DNA of 64,000 nt from Chloroflexota bacterium (GCA_963662335.2 CAXXVD010000003.1:352001-416000), one strand, 5' to 3'; counted from the stretch's first letter, positions 46,295 through 56,044 are shown. Program-made: numbers and translations. Notes: generated from the letters alone by a model not told the origin.

Positions 46295-47854
46295 GTGCAA
46301 CGCCGTACTCTGCTGACAGGCGCGCTGGCGGCTGCGTTGGCGCCGTTGCCGGCAGCCTGCGGCGGGAGCAAGACCGGCGGGACGCTGCGCATCGAACTGC
46401 CGCTGCCGGACGCGCTCGCGCCGGCGGCGCTGCAATCCGATCTGGACGCGCAGTTGGCGGCGCACGTCTACAGCGGACTGGTCACCCTAAACGCCGACGG
46501 CGAGCCAATCCCCGACCTGGCGCAACGCTGGTCGCTCTCAGCGGACGGCCGGGTCTACCGGTTTCCGCTGCGGTCCGGCTTGCGTTTCCATACCGGCGCC
46601 GAACTCACGGCCGGCCACGTCAAGCAGACGTGGCAGCGCATCCTCCATCCAGGACGCGAAGCGCCGCGCGGCCTGGCGTTGCTCGGCCGGATCGCGGGCG
46701 TGGCCGCTTACCGGAACGGGCTTTCCGGCGAGATCAGCGGTGTCCGCGCCCTGGATGAGCGCACGTTGGAAATCGAACTCACCGAGCCCGATCTTACCTT
46801 GCCCGCAAAGCTGACGCACCCCGCCACGTACGTCCAGGCGCCAACCGGCGGCGCGGACACGGCTTCGCTGGTTGGCAGCGGCCCCTTTGCCGTGGTGGAC
46901 TGGGCGCCCGGGGCGCTGTTGTCCCTGGCGCGCAGCGAGACCTACTACGGCTTTGCGCCGCTGTTGGATCGCGTGGAAATCACCGGCGGTACCGACGCGG
47001 CATCGCTCAGCCGCTACACCAATGATGCGCTGGACGTGCTCTACGTGGGCGCGAACGACATCGCCGCGGTGCTGGATCGGAACAATCCGCTGCACAAGGA
47101 GTTGCGCGTCCACGACGGCCTGGACGTCACCTTCCTTGCCATGAACAACCGCATGCCGCCGTTCGACGACCGGGGCGTGCGTCTGGCTTTTGCCTTAGCC
47201 ATCGACCGGGCCGCCATCGTGGAGCAGGTGTTCTCCCTGACTGTCGGCAAGGCGACGGCGCTGCTGCCGCCTTCGCTGGCGCAAACCGCCGCCGCAACGA
47301 CTGACTTCGACATCTCCAAGGCGCGGCAAGCATTGGCCGACTCCCGCTACCGCGACGTGAGCAACCTGCCGGAGATCGCCTTCACCGTGCCGGGCACGCG
47401 CGGCCCGCCGCCCTCTGAGGTCGTCGCGCTGGTCAATATCTTCGAGCAGCATCTTGGCGTGCGCATCCACGTGCAGCGCGAGCCGTGGCAGAGTTTCGTC
47501 GATTTGCTCCACAAGCGGGAGAATCCGTTTCAGATCTTCCTCTTTACGTGGCACGCCGACTATCCCGACCCGGGCGCGGTGCTCGATCCGCTCTTCCAGT
47601 CCACGAGCTTGCGGAACTTCAGCGGCTACGCCAACCCGGAAGTAGACGAACTGCTGCGCCAGGCGCGGGGCGAGCGCGACGCCGGCCGGCGCCGGGAGGC
47701 GATTGCGGCCGTGGAACAACTCGTCGCCGCCGATGCGCCCGTGACGCCGCTGTGGCACGACCGGTCGTACGTGCTGGTGAAACCGTGGGTGCGGGACGCG
47801 CAACTCACGGCGAGCGCGCGTCCGTGGCTGAACCGGGTCTACCGGGACGAGTAG
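46295..47854 (+). CDS. ABC transporter peptide/nickel-type solute-binding lipoprotein (family 5)
   Basis: RRTLL twin-arginine, AACG lipobox, YSGLV, PDLA..W..S.DG, GSGPF, W.ADYPDP; AAGGAG RBS. Confidence 0.9.
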   Translation: MQRRTLLTGALAAALAPLPAACGGSKTGGTLRIELPLPDALAPAALQSDLDAQLAAHVYSGLVTLNADGEPIPDLAQRWSLSADGRVYRFPLRSGLRFHTGAELTAGHVKQTWQRILHPGREAPRGLALLGRIAGVAAYRNGLSGEISGVRALDERTLEIELTEPDLTLPAKLTHPATYVQAPTGGADTASLVGSGPFAVVDWAPGALLSLARSETYYGFAPLLDRVEITGGTDAASLSRYTNDALDVLYVGANDIAAVLDRNNPLHKELRVHDGLDVTFLAMNNRMPPFDDRGVRLAFALAIDRAAIVEQVFSLTVGKATALLPPSLAQTAAATTDFDISKARQALADSRYRDVSNLPEIAFTVPGTRGPPPSEVVALVNIFEQHLGVRIHVQREPWQSFVDLLHKRENPFQIFLFTWHADYPDPGAVLDPLFQSTSLRNFSGYANPEVDELLRQARGERDAGRRREAIAAVEQLVAADAPVTPLWHDRSYVLVKPWVRDAQLTASARPWLNRVYRDE

Positions 47855-47926
47855 GCCGCGCCGGGCGCTCAGAGCAAGCGGCCGGGAGAATGCTGCCGAA
47901 TTTATCTGCTTTTTGCGTGTAAACCC

Positions 47927-47955
47927 TTGCACGGGATACATCGCTGTGGTATGCT
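47927..47955 (+). promoter_or_regulatory. Promoter of the riboswitch transcript
   Basis: TTGCAC-N17-TATGCT with TGn extension. Confidence 0.7.
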
Positions 47956-47964
47956 CTTTGGTGA

Positions 47965-48092
47965 AAAGACTAAACGCGCCAAATCCGCGAAGCGGAGCGG
48001 GGGACCCACCAACTGGGGTGAACCGCGGTTGTGCGGAGGGTGACTCTTTCCACCCTAACCCGACAGCTAACCTCGTAGGCGATAGGAAGAGC
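47965..48092 (+). ncRNA. c-di-AMP riboswitch (ydaO/yuaA)
   Basis: Conserved blocks CGCC-AAATCC...GCGGGGGACCCA...TGGGGTGAA...AGGG...CCCTAACCCGACAGCTAACCTCGTAGGCG. Confidence 0.92.
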
Positions 48093-48130
48093 TTGTTGGC
48101 CCGTAGCGGCGGAGAAGCTCTTTTGTTGTT
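48087..48130 (+). terminator. Probable riboswitch expression-platform terminator
   Basis: AAGAGCTT...AAGCTCTT stem followed by TTGTTGTT. Confidence 0.5.
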
Positions 48131-48426
48131 AACGGACGTGCACGCGCGCCGATCTTCCCCTCTCGGTACGCCTTCTCCCCTACCGGCCGAAAGCCAGCTT
48201 GGCTATCGCGGGTCCCGCGTGCGGCCCCCGCTTGCCCGGCAGTACGCAGCGCTCTTACCGTAGCATGCACTCCTCCTGAATGCTCCTCCTGTTCGCACCA
48301 CCCCACACCGGCCCTCTCCCCCAGGGCCGGTGTCGGCTTTAAGCGCGCCCACCGGCGGGCGCGGGTTGGGGACGCGTTCCCTGCCAATTCTCTCCGCACT
48401 TGCCATTAGCAGGAAACGTGCCCTAA

Positions 48427-48508
48427 TATGAAATCATAATGTCTGTAACCCCACGCTCAACTCCATCTATGAAATCATAATGTCTGTAACCCCACGCTCA
48501 ACTCCATC
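48427..48508. repeat. Exact 41-bp tandem duplication spanning the GT2 start
   Basis: TATGAAATCATAATGTCTGTAACCCCACGCTCAACTCCATC twice. Confidence 0.92.
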
Positions 48509-49214
48509 AATGACGATCTCGCTGGTGCTGCCCGCGCTCAACGAGGGTGACAACATCGCCGCCACCCTGGACGACTGCGTGGCAACCCTGCAGCGGGTCG
48601 CCGGCGACTACGAGGTCATCGTCGTCGATAACGACAGCACGGACGATACGGCGGACATCGTGCGGCAACTTCAGGCCGAGAACGAGCGCATCCAGTTGAT
48701 CCACCAGCCGGTGCGCGGCTACGGCTCCGCGATCTGGACGGGGCTGAAGGCCGCCCGCATGGAGATCGTCGGCTGGCGGGATTCCGACTCCCAGTACCGC
48801 ACCACGGACATCGTGCCCATGCTCCAGGCGCTGGATACCCACGACGTGGTGGTGGGCCACCGCGTGCAGCGCCAGGACCCCTCCCACCGCCTGCTCTTCG
48901 CGCTGCTCTGGAATCTGCTGAACCGCATCCTCTTCGGGTTCGTGGCGCACGACATGGACTGCGGCTGCAAGATCTTCCGGCGCGCGGTGGTGGACACGCT
49001 GGACGTGAAGGCCACGGGCGCGGTCTTCAACATCGAGTTCTTGGTGCAGGCCAAACGCGCCGGCTTCCGCGTGGGCGAGGTGTCGATCAGCCATCAGCCC
49101 CGCCACGCCGGCGAGAATACCGGCGGCAGCGCGCGCGTGATCCTGCGCGCGCTGCGTGAGGTGCTGCGCCTGCGGTGGCGGCTGCTGCGTGAACCGCGCC
49201 CGACACGAGGTTGA
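48480..49214 (+). CDS. Glycosyltransferase family 2 (polyprenol-phosphate mannose synthase-like)
   Basis: VLPALNE, IVVDNDSTD.T, GYG.A...G, DSD, DMDCG.KIF. Confidence 0.92.
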   Translation: MSVTPRSTPSMTISLVLPALNEGDNIAATLDDCVATLQRVAGDYEVIVVDNDSTDDTADIVRQLQAENERIQLIHQPVRGYGSAIWTGLKAARMEIVGWRDSDSQYRTTDIVPMLQALDTHDVVVGHRVQRQDPSHRLLFALLWNLLNRILFGFVAHDMDCGCKIFRRAVVDTLDVKATGAVFNIEFLVQAKRAGFRVGEVSISHQPRHAGENTGGSARVILRALREVLRLRWRLLREPRPTRG

Positions 49215-49220
49215 GCCGGA

Positions 49221-49757
49221 GTGCTGACGGTGCTCTGGGAAAACGCGCCTGGATGTCCGGCCCAACGCGCGCTGCTGGAACGGGTGTTTGCCGCGGCCTG
49301 CGCCGCTACGGGCGCCCAGCCGTCCGTGGAAGTCTCCGTGCTGCTGGCGGACGACGCGCGCCTGCACGCGCTGAACCGCGCCTACCGCGGCAAGGATGCG
49401 CCGGCGGACGTGCTGTCGTTTGCTGAACGTGATGCGCGGACGGAAGACGCAGGTTGCAAACCTGCGCTACCGCCGGACGAGGCAAGCCCCGTCTCCGCGC
49501 TGCCGCCGGACGACGCAGGTTGCGACCATGGGATACTACCGGGGGATGAGGAATACCTGGGCGACATCGCCATCTCGCTGCCGCGCGTCCATGCCCAGGC
49601 GGCCGCGTACGGCCACAGCGAAGAACGCGAACTCGCCTACCTCTTCGTCCACGGCTTCCTGCACCTGTTGGGGCACACCCATAACGACGATACCGCCTAC
49701 CGGCAGATGCGCACGCAGGAAGAGGCGATTCTCACCGCCGCTGGCCCGTTGCGTTGA
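49221..49757 (+). CDS. ybeY: rRNA maturation endoribonuclease YbeY with in-frame repeat insertion
   Basis: LNRAYRGKD.PADVLSF, LGDI.IS, VHGFLHLLGHTH. Confidence 0.93.
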   Translation: MLTVLWENAPGCPAQRALLERVFAAACAATGAQPSVEVSVLLADDARLHALNRAYRGKDAPADVLSFAERDARTEDAGCKPALPPDEASPVSALPPDDAGCDHGILPGDEEYLGDIAISLPRVHAQAAAYGHSEERELAYLFVHGFLHLLGHTHNDDTAYRQMRTQEEAILTAAGPLR

Positions 49758-49800
49758 ATAGGCTAGTCGATGTGGGGTTAGTCTACGTTCACTTCGGCTA

Positions 49801-50901
49801 TTACGTGCCGCCCCGCCACTCGAGCTTTACCTTTAGGTCGTTAAGGCTCCCCCAAGGAATCTGCTCTTCATGTTGAAGTCGGCCCACAACGATTCCCGGT
49901 GCAATGCCCTGCTCTGCGGCAAACTGACTAACGGCTGCTTTGCTAAACGGAGGCGCAAACGAAAACCGCTCCCACTCTTCAGGAGATACTAGGAAGTTGC
50001 TTGCCCATTGGTCGGCTTCAGCTTCAGAGTTTGTGTTTGGGCCTCGGTTGGAATCGACATAGATGTGTTTCTTACTGTGGAGGAGTAAGTGGGCCGCCTC
50101 GTGAAAGAAGCTAAACCAAAAGTGATCGTCAGACTTGTGGCGCGCACTCAGTTGAATCAGGCCTTTGCGCGGCGATAGCCATCGAGCAGCGCCACTGACC
50201 GCCATCTTGGGGAAAGGCTTGACGCAAACAAGCGCCACGCCCGCACCCCTGCAAAGGTTGCTGGTTTCTGCCAACGCACTGTCAAATGGCTCACGCGTAA
50301 GTTCGCGGATGCGTCCAAGCACTCGCCTAAATTCAGGTTTGTTGTATTCAGCGCACTCTTGCTCCGCGGCCTCAATTTCGCCAAGCCGGAGCCATGTCGC
50401 CAATACTGATGGGTCACTCTTGAAACTCGGAGAGTGCCGGTATGCAACGCCCATCTCACCGCTCTTGACCTGCCAAGCATCAACAGAGGCAACACCAAAG
50501 AAAGCGAGAAGCTTCGATACAGCATCCGAATCCGATGGTGGCCTATCTACGGCGCCACGGATCACTAGCTCCTTGACGGGAAACGACTTGGACCACTCAA
50601 CGTGCTCTGAGGCTCGCGCCGTCTCAGCCGCTTGGGCTTCGTGCAGGCGATACTCGGCTTCAATGCCGAGCCAGATAGTGGCGTCAAGGCCCAATACTTT
50701 CTCGAATTGAAGTGCTGTCTCAGGGGTAAGCGGAGCCACGCCAGCAATTATCTCGCTGATGAGTTTGGGAGAGCGACCGCACCGACGAGCAAACTCAGCC
50801 TGCGAAATGCCGCGCGTCTCAAGATGCTCGCTCAGTATCCAGCCAGGCGGGACCGCATAGTCCGGCTCATACTGGTTGACTGGCGTAGACATGTCCTTCA
50901 C
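49801..50901 (-). CDS. higA: HigA-type HTH antitoxin fused to ImmA/IrrE (M78) metallopeptidase domain
   Basis: PPG.IL.E.LE.RGISQAEFA, FWFSFFHEAAH, E.EADQWA. Confidence 0.9.
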   Translation of the reverse strand: MKDMSTPVNQYEPDYAVPPGWILSEHLETRGISQAEFARRCGRSPKLISEIIAGVAPLTPETALQFEKVLGLDATIWLGIEAEYRLHEAQAAETARASEHVEWSKSFPVKELVIRGAVDRPPSDSDAVSKLLAFFGVASVDAWQVKSGEMGVAYRHSPSFKSDPSVLATWLRLGEIEAAEQECAEYNKPEFRRVLGRIRELTREPFDSALAETSNLCRGAGVALVCVKPFPKMAVSGAARWLSPRKGLIQLSARHKSDDHFWFSFFHEAAHLLLHSKKHIYVDSNRGPNTNSEAEADQWASNFLVSPEEWERFSFAPPFSKAAVSQFAAEQGIAPGIVVGRLQHEEQIPWGSLNDLKVKLEWRGGT

Positions 50902-50907
50902 CTTCGT

Positions 50908-51246
50908 TCACTGATGGTAGTCAGCTACCTCGAGGATAGTAATGGCGGTCACGCGGTCTACGTCGATTCCACCGTCCTCTCTATATGGAATTGGCTCATT
51001 GGCTGGTGCGAACACAAGCCTGACTGAACGTGTAAGATCAACTGCGTACTGCCCCGCTCGGTTGCCACTGAGTTGATGCCTTCGTTCCGGTGGCGTAGTG
51101 GGTACCATTGCCAGTGTTCGGGCGCTTCGTAAGACCCCCAACCGTACTTGGATGGATTTGGCCGTTTGGGATCCATACGCTCTCGTCAAGTTTCTTTGGG
51201 AATTGAAGATTCCTGCGAGCTTGCGGTTTCGAAAGACTATGACCAC
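50908..51246 (-). CDS. higB: HigB/RelE-like killer toxin
   Basis: FRNRKL, H.LSGNRAGQYAVDL...RLVF, ILEVADYH; toxin-first order. Confidence 0.9.
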   Translation of the reverse strand: MVIVFRNRKLAGIFNSQRNLTRAYGSQTAKSIQVRLGVLRSARTLAMVPTTPPERRHQLSGNRAGQYAVDLTRSVRLVFAPANEPIPYREDGGIDVDRVTAITILEVADYHQ

Positions 51247-51459
51247 AATTGGTATCCAGGTTCGTTACCATATAGGTAATACTATAGGCTATTCTGAAAA
51301 GAGAGTCCAGAGCTTCTTCTTGCAGTTGGATGCTATTCGCACGTTCTTTTTCGATTCTGAGAATTACTGCAACGCAAACCAATCACACGCAGTGGCGGTA
51401 CGGCTTCATGCCGTACACTTACGAGTTGAAGCATCTCATCATATGTCCTGGTGCCAGAC

Positions 51460-52254
51460 CTACGGCGGATAGAACTCCGGTCTGTACCGCCGGGCGTAGG
51501 CGCGCGTGGCCTGCGCCAAATCCAGGTCGGCGGTGAGCAGGTCTTCCCGGCCGTAGGGGACGTGCGCCAGCAGGTTGCCCTGGGGATCGATGAGGCTGGT
51601 AGCCGAGTTCTGGTAGCGCATGGCCTGGTTGATGCTGGCAAAGAAGACGCCGTTCTCCGCGGCGCGGCACTGCATGGCCTTCTCGTAGAAAGACTCGCCC
51701 CAGGCGGTGAGCGTCTTGCCGGCCGTGTCGCTGCCGGTGACCTGGGGTTGGAAGACGATGCGCGCGCCGCGCACGGTCGGCCAGCGCACGGTTTCCGGGT
51801 AGCGCCAGCCCTCGTGGCAGATCGTGATGCCGAACACCGCGCCCGCCGCGCGAAAGAGGCGCCGCTTGCCGTCGGGCACGTAGTTGCGGGATTCGCCGCC
51901 GGGCGTAATCTGGTTCTTGGTCTGGTAGCCTAGCAGGCGGCCGGCGGCGGAGATGACCACGGCGCGGTTTTCCAGGCCCAACGCGCTCACCCACTCCAAC
52001 CCGACGATTGCCGTTACGCCGTGCGACCGGCAAGCGGCGCGCAATTGCTTGAGCGCCTCCACCATGGCCGGCTGATTCACCGGCGGCAGGTCGAAACTCG
52101 CCCCGCGCAAACCGGGCAGGTAGGCCTCCGGGAAGCAGGCGATGTCCACCCGCTCCGCCGCGCACCGGGCGAGCGCCGCATCGATTTTCTCCACGCCGTG
52201 CGGCACGGATTCCGGCTGACGCAACGGCGCAAGTCCAATGCGGATGGTTGCCAT
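51460..52254 (-). CDS. Carbon-nitrogen hydrolase (nitrilase superfamily)
   Basis: E-K-C triad: FPEAYLPG, QTK, ITICHEG. Confidence 0.92.
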   Translation of the reverse strand: MATIRIGLAPLRQPESVPHGVEKIDAALARCAAERVDIACFPEAYLPGLRGASFDLPPVNQPAMVEALKQLRAACRSHGVTAIVGLEWVSALGLENRAVVISAAGRLLGYQTKNQITPGGESRNYVPDGKRRLFRAAGAVFGITICHEGWRYPETVRWPTVRGARIVFQPQVTGSDTAGKTLTAWGESFYEKAMQCRAAENGVFFASINQAMRYQNSATSLIDPQGNLLAHVPYGREDLLTADLDLAQATRAYARRYRPEFYPP

Positions 52255-52326
52255 ACGTCACTTGCCTCCACATCTGTAAGGAACTGCTGCGGAGAGCCGA
52301 CCACCCTCATGCCCGTCCGTGCTCTC

Positions 52327-52398
52327 CGTCATTCCCGCGCACGCGGGAATCCACCGGCTGCCCGGCGAAGATGGATTCCCGCTTTCGCGGGAATGACG
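52327..52398. repeat. REP-like family B (CGTCATTCCCGCGCACGCGGGAATCCA...TGGATTCCCGC...GCGGGAATGACG)
   Basis: Inverted repeat; recurs at 53994-54111, 42809-42836 and 27198-27222. Confidence 0.88.
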
Positions 52399-52557
52399 GA
52401 GGCAGACGCGCTATTTCAGCGTAATGACGGAAAAAGCGCGTCCTACGGATTCCGTCCCGTATCGTGTCGATACGTCGAACGTCCGGTTCGCGGTAGCGAG
52501 TACAGGCAGGCTCTACGCGGGCTGACAGCCTGGCCCGTTCACTGGCTGCGCGCCCTG

Positions 52558-53913
52558 CTAGAACGGCGCGCCGTTGGTCTTCTGCCCTTCCGGCATATCC
52601 TCAAACGCAAAATACCGGTCCAGGAAGCGCAAGGTGATCGTCCCCGTGGGGCCGTTGCGGTGCTTGGCCACGATCACGTCGGCTTCACCCTTGCGCGGCG
52701 AATCTTCATCGTAGAGTTCGTCGCGGTAGATGAACATCACCAAATCGGAGTCCTGCTCCAACGCGCCCGATTCGCGCAGGTCGGAGAGCATGGGGCGGTG
52801 GTTTTCCCGCTGTTCGACGGCGCGCGAGAGTTGCGAAAGCGCGATAACGGGAATGTTGAGTTCGCGGGCCAGGGCCTTGAGCGAGCGGGAGATTTCGGAG
52901 ATTTCCTGCACCCGGTTATCGCCGCCGCGGCGGCCCTGGATCAGTTGCAGGTAGTCCACGATGAGCAGGCCGATGTTGGCCCGGGCCTGGAGGCGGCGCG
53001 CTTTGGTGCGCAGGTCCATGGAATTGAGGAAGCCGCTGTCGTCAACGTAGATCGGCGCTTCCGTCAGCGCGCCGACCATACTGCCCAGTTCCTCCCACTC
53101 GCGCTCGCTCAGTTCGCCCAGGCGGAGGCGGTGGGAATCGACCCGCGCCAACATGCAGAGGAAGCGCTGCGCCAGTTGTTCGGCGGACATTTCCAGGCTG
53201 AAGATGCCCACCGGCACGTGCGGCTCCAAGATGGCCAGGCTGCCGGCCACGTTGAGCGCCAGGGTCGTCTTGCCGGTGGAGGGCCGCCCGGCAATGAGTA
53301 TCAAGTCGGAACGCTGCAAGCCGGCCGTCAGCCGGTCCAGCGCGCGAAAGCCCGATTGAATGCCGGGCACGGCCTGCTCGCCGGCGCGGACGCCCGTCAA
53401 CTTGTCCCAGTACTCGTCCACGATCGGGCGGATGTGTATGAAATCCTGGTCCGCGTCGTGGCGGGCCAGGCTGAAAAGCACCTGCTCCGCCCGGTCCAGG
53501 GCCTCGTCCACCTCGAGTTCGGTGCTATAGCCGATGGCGGCGATCTCGCCGGCGGCGCTGATGATGCGCCGCATTGCCGCGTGCCGCTCGACGATGTGGC
53601 CGTAGTACTCCGCGTGCACGGAAGTGGGCGTGACGTTGACCAGGGAGGCAATGTACGTCTCGCCGCCCACCGCTTCCAGCCGTTCCGCGCGCTGCAATTC
53701 GTCGAAGATGGTGACCAGGTCCGTCGGTTCGCGCCGCTCGTAGAGCGCAAGGCCCGCCCGGTAGATGTGCTGGTGCGCCTCGCGGTAGAAGTCCTCGGGC
53801 TGGAGGAATTGCGCTACCCGCTCGATCGTCTCGGGATCGATGAGCATGCTGCCCAAGACGGCTTGTTCCGCCTCGATGTTCTGCGGCGGCAGGCGCTCTG
53901 TGTTGACCGCCAC
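52558..53913 (-). CDS. dnaB: Replicative DNA helicase
   Basis: PPQNIEAEQAVLG, GRPSTGKT Walker A, FSLEM, VDYLQL, ALSQLSR, SDLRESGALEQDSD, AKHRNGPTG. Confidence 0.98.
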   Translation of the reverse strand: MAVNTERLPPQNIEAEQAVLGSMLIDPETIERVAQFLQPEDFYREAHQHIYRAGLALYERREPTDLVTIFDELQRAERLEAVGGETYIASLVNVTPTSVHAEYYGHIVERHAAMRRIISAAGEIAAIGYSTELEVDEALDRAEQVLFSLARHDADQDFIHIRPIVDEYWDKLTGVRAGEQAVPGIQSGFRALDRLTAGLQRSDLILIAGRPSTGKTTLALNVAGSLAILEPHVPVGIFSLEMSAEQLAQRFLCMLARVDSHRLRLGELSEREWEELGSMVGALTEAPIYVDDSGFLNSMDLRTKARRLQARANIGLLIVDYLQLIQGRRGGDNRVQEISEISRSLKALARELNIPVIALSQLSRAVEQRENHRPMLSDLRESGALEQDSDLVMFIYRDELYDEDSPRKGEADVIVAKHRNGPTGTITLRFLDRYFAFEDMPEGQKTNGAPF

Positions 53914-53993
53914 GAGGGTGTCCTCTCTCCGCTAACTGTGTCTGCGCTTGCTTTGCTTGCGCATCCGGTGAAATCCGTAGTTCAACCGAGACC

Positions 53994-54111
53994 CGTCATT
54001 CCCGCCAGCCAAGCCCCGTCATTCCCGGCAATCAAGACCTGTCATTCCCGCGCACGCGGGAATCCATCTTCGTCGCCCTGCCGGTGGATTCCCGCGTGCG
54101 CGGGAATGACG
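53994..54111. repeat. Family B REP with two extra tandem left arms
   Basis: GTCATTCCCG three times, then the inverted arm GCGGGAATGACG. Confidence 0.85.
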
Positions 54112-54228
54112 GAGGCTGCCACGACATGTTCAAAGCAATGACGGTGGCCCTTGCGGCGCTTTCGACTTGACGACGGAATCCGCGTTGCTAATTTCATGCC
54201 AACGACGGAAGAGAAGCGGGAGCCGTTT

Positions 54229-54681
54229 TCACGCTTCCTCTTTCTGCACGTCCACCGAAATCGCCGCTTCCACGGCGTGGCCGAGCTTGATTGAAACGGT
54301 ATACGTGCCCAAGTCCCGCAGCGGCTGATCCAACTCCAGCGTGTGGCGGTCGATCTCGATTTCCGTCTGTTCCTTGATCGCCTCGGCAATGTGCTGGCCG
54401 GTCACGGAGCCGTAGAGGCGGTCTTGTTCGCCGACGCGCGCCTTGATCACGATCGTCGCGCCGCTCAGCCTGGCGGCGGTGTCCATCGCCTCCTGCCGCT
54501 CCGTGGCCGCGCGCCGCACTGTGGCCGCCTTCTGCTGCTCCCAGAGGCGTTCCGCGCCCTTGGTCGCCTTCTGCGCGAAGCCGCGCGGGATGAGAAAGTT
54601 GCGCGCGTGGCCGTCGGCAACGTCCTTCACCTCACCGGCTTGACCGACTTCCGGCACATTCTTGAGCAAGACAACACGCAT
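54229..54681 (-). CDS. rplI: 50S ribosomal protein L9
   Basis: MRVVLL..V..VG..GEV.DV.DGHARNFLIP, RLYGSVT; AAGGAG RBS. Confidence 0.97.
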   Translation of the reverse strand: MRVVLLKNVPEVGQAGEVKDVADGHARNFLIPRGFAQKATKGAERLWEQQKAATVRRAATERQEAMDTAARLSGATIVIKARVGEQDRLYGSVTGQHIAEAIKEQTEIEIDRHTLELDQPLRDLGTYTVSIKLGHAVEAAISVDVQKEEA

Positions 54682-54889
54682 GAACTGCACTCCTTGATTT
54701 TCCACTTGCTGTATGGGCTATAGTACACTGACTTGCGCTCCGTGTCTCAATTGGCGCGCTCGCTTCCAGCCCCGGATCCCCCTCACCCTAACCCTCTCCC
54801 CAGGAGGCTGTCTCATAATTGACCTTACCGCTGTATACTGCCGTGCAGAGAAGCGAAGTGAGGTCTTGAGACAGGATAGTAGTGCTTTC

Positions 54890-55065
54890 TGAGCGTCGCA
54901 TTAAACTGAAAGACAGCAAAACTCGCGCCCAAAGTCTCCGGTAGCGCAGGTTTGTAACCTGCGAAGCTGTTAGGTCAATCCTTTGCATGTCAGTTTCAGT
55001 GGCTCCGGCGGGGGACAAGCCCTAATGTTGTCGCATTAATGTAGCGCGGGGGCTCGTCCCCCGCC
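54890..55065. repeat. Composite C plus D REP module
   Basis: Homologous to 22534-22700 and 28670-28850. Confidence 0.8.
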
Positions 55066-55105
55066 TCTTGGGGCCGCAAATCGCCACTTTCACGGGCATG
55101 TGCGA

Positions 55106-55999
55106 CTAGTGTCCAATCAACAGGCCATCGGCCTTAACGGCCCGGTACAGCGCGAACCATTCATCCAGGGAAAGCTCCTGCGGGCGGCGCTGCGGCGCGA
55201 TGCCCGCTGCCTCCAAGAGCGCAATCATGTGGTCGTCGTCGACGCGCAGGAGCGCGCGCACGGAATTGTGCACCTGCTTGCGCCGCTGGGCAAATCCCGC
55301 CCGCGCCAGCCGCAGCACGTCGGCTACCGCTGCCGCGTGAAAATACGGCTGCGGACGCTTGACGACCTCCACCACGGCGGAGTCCACCTGCGGCGGCGGG
55401 TAGAACGCGCGCGGCGGCACCCCAAACAGATGCTCGGTTTCCGCGTAGGTCTGCATGAACACGGAGAGATAGCTCATCTCACCGGGCATGGCGCAGACGC
55501 GCGCGGCCACCTCGCGTTGCAGCATCACCACCATGCGCCGGGGGCCGGCCGGATGCGCCGCCAGCCGCCTAATCACCGGCGTCGCCACGCTGTACGGCAA
55601 ATTCGCCGCCAGCAGATACGGCTCCGCGCCAAAGTACGGCTGCGGCTCGAACGCCACGGCATCCTGGTGGACGGTCTCAACGTTTGGATGGAACGCGAGC
55701 GTTGATTCCAGCAGCGCCACCATGCGGGCGTCGACTTCCACCGTCACCACGCGCCGCGCCGCCGCCGCCAAGCAGACGGTCAGGCTGCCGAGGCCGGGCC
55801 CTATTTCCAGAATCCGCTCGTGTTCTCCGTCCAGCACGCCGCGCATGATGGCGCGCAGCACGCCGGCGTCGGCCAGCAGGTGTTGGCCCAGCTTGCGGCT
55901 CAGGCGCAGGTCTACCTGGCGCAGCAGCGCGCGCATTGTGCGCGGCCGGCATAAATCCCGCGCTTGCGCGGGGACGATTTCAGTCTTAGTGTCGATCAT
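55106..55999 (-). CDS. rsmA: 16S rRNA (adenine1518/1519) dimethyltransferase
   Basis: LGQHLL, LEIGPGLGSLT, ANLPY, MLQREVA.R, F.PPPQVDS, FAQRRK. Confidence 0.96.
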   Translation of the reverse strand: MIDTKTEIVPAQARDLCRPRTMRALLRQVDLRLSRKLGQHLLADAGVLRAIMRGVLDGEHERILEIGPGLGSLTVCLAAAARRVVTVEVDARMVALLESTLAFHPNVETVHQDAVAFEPQPYFGAEPYLLAANLPYSVATPVIRRLAAHPAGPRRMVVMLQREVAARVCAMPGEMSYLSVFMQTYAETEHLFGVPPRAFYPPPQVDSAVVEVVKRPQPYFHAAAVADVLRLARAGFAQRRKQVHNSVRALLRVDDDHMIALLEAAGIAPQRRPQELSLDEWFALYRAVKADGLLIGH

Positions 56000-56044
56000 T
56001 TCCTCAGTTCTGAATGATGGGCAGCGCCCGGCAGCGCGGAGCCT

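Noticed and set aside
52021-54141. 706-aa plus-strand ORF and other long antisense ORFs (for example 529-2010, 23075-24688, 43000-44403)
   Set aside because: Shadow frames of real high-GC genes with no protein motifs
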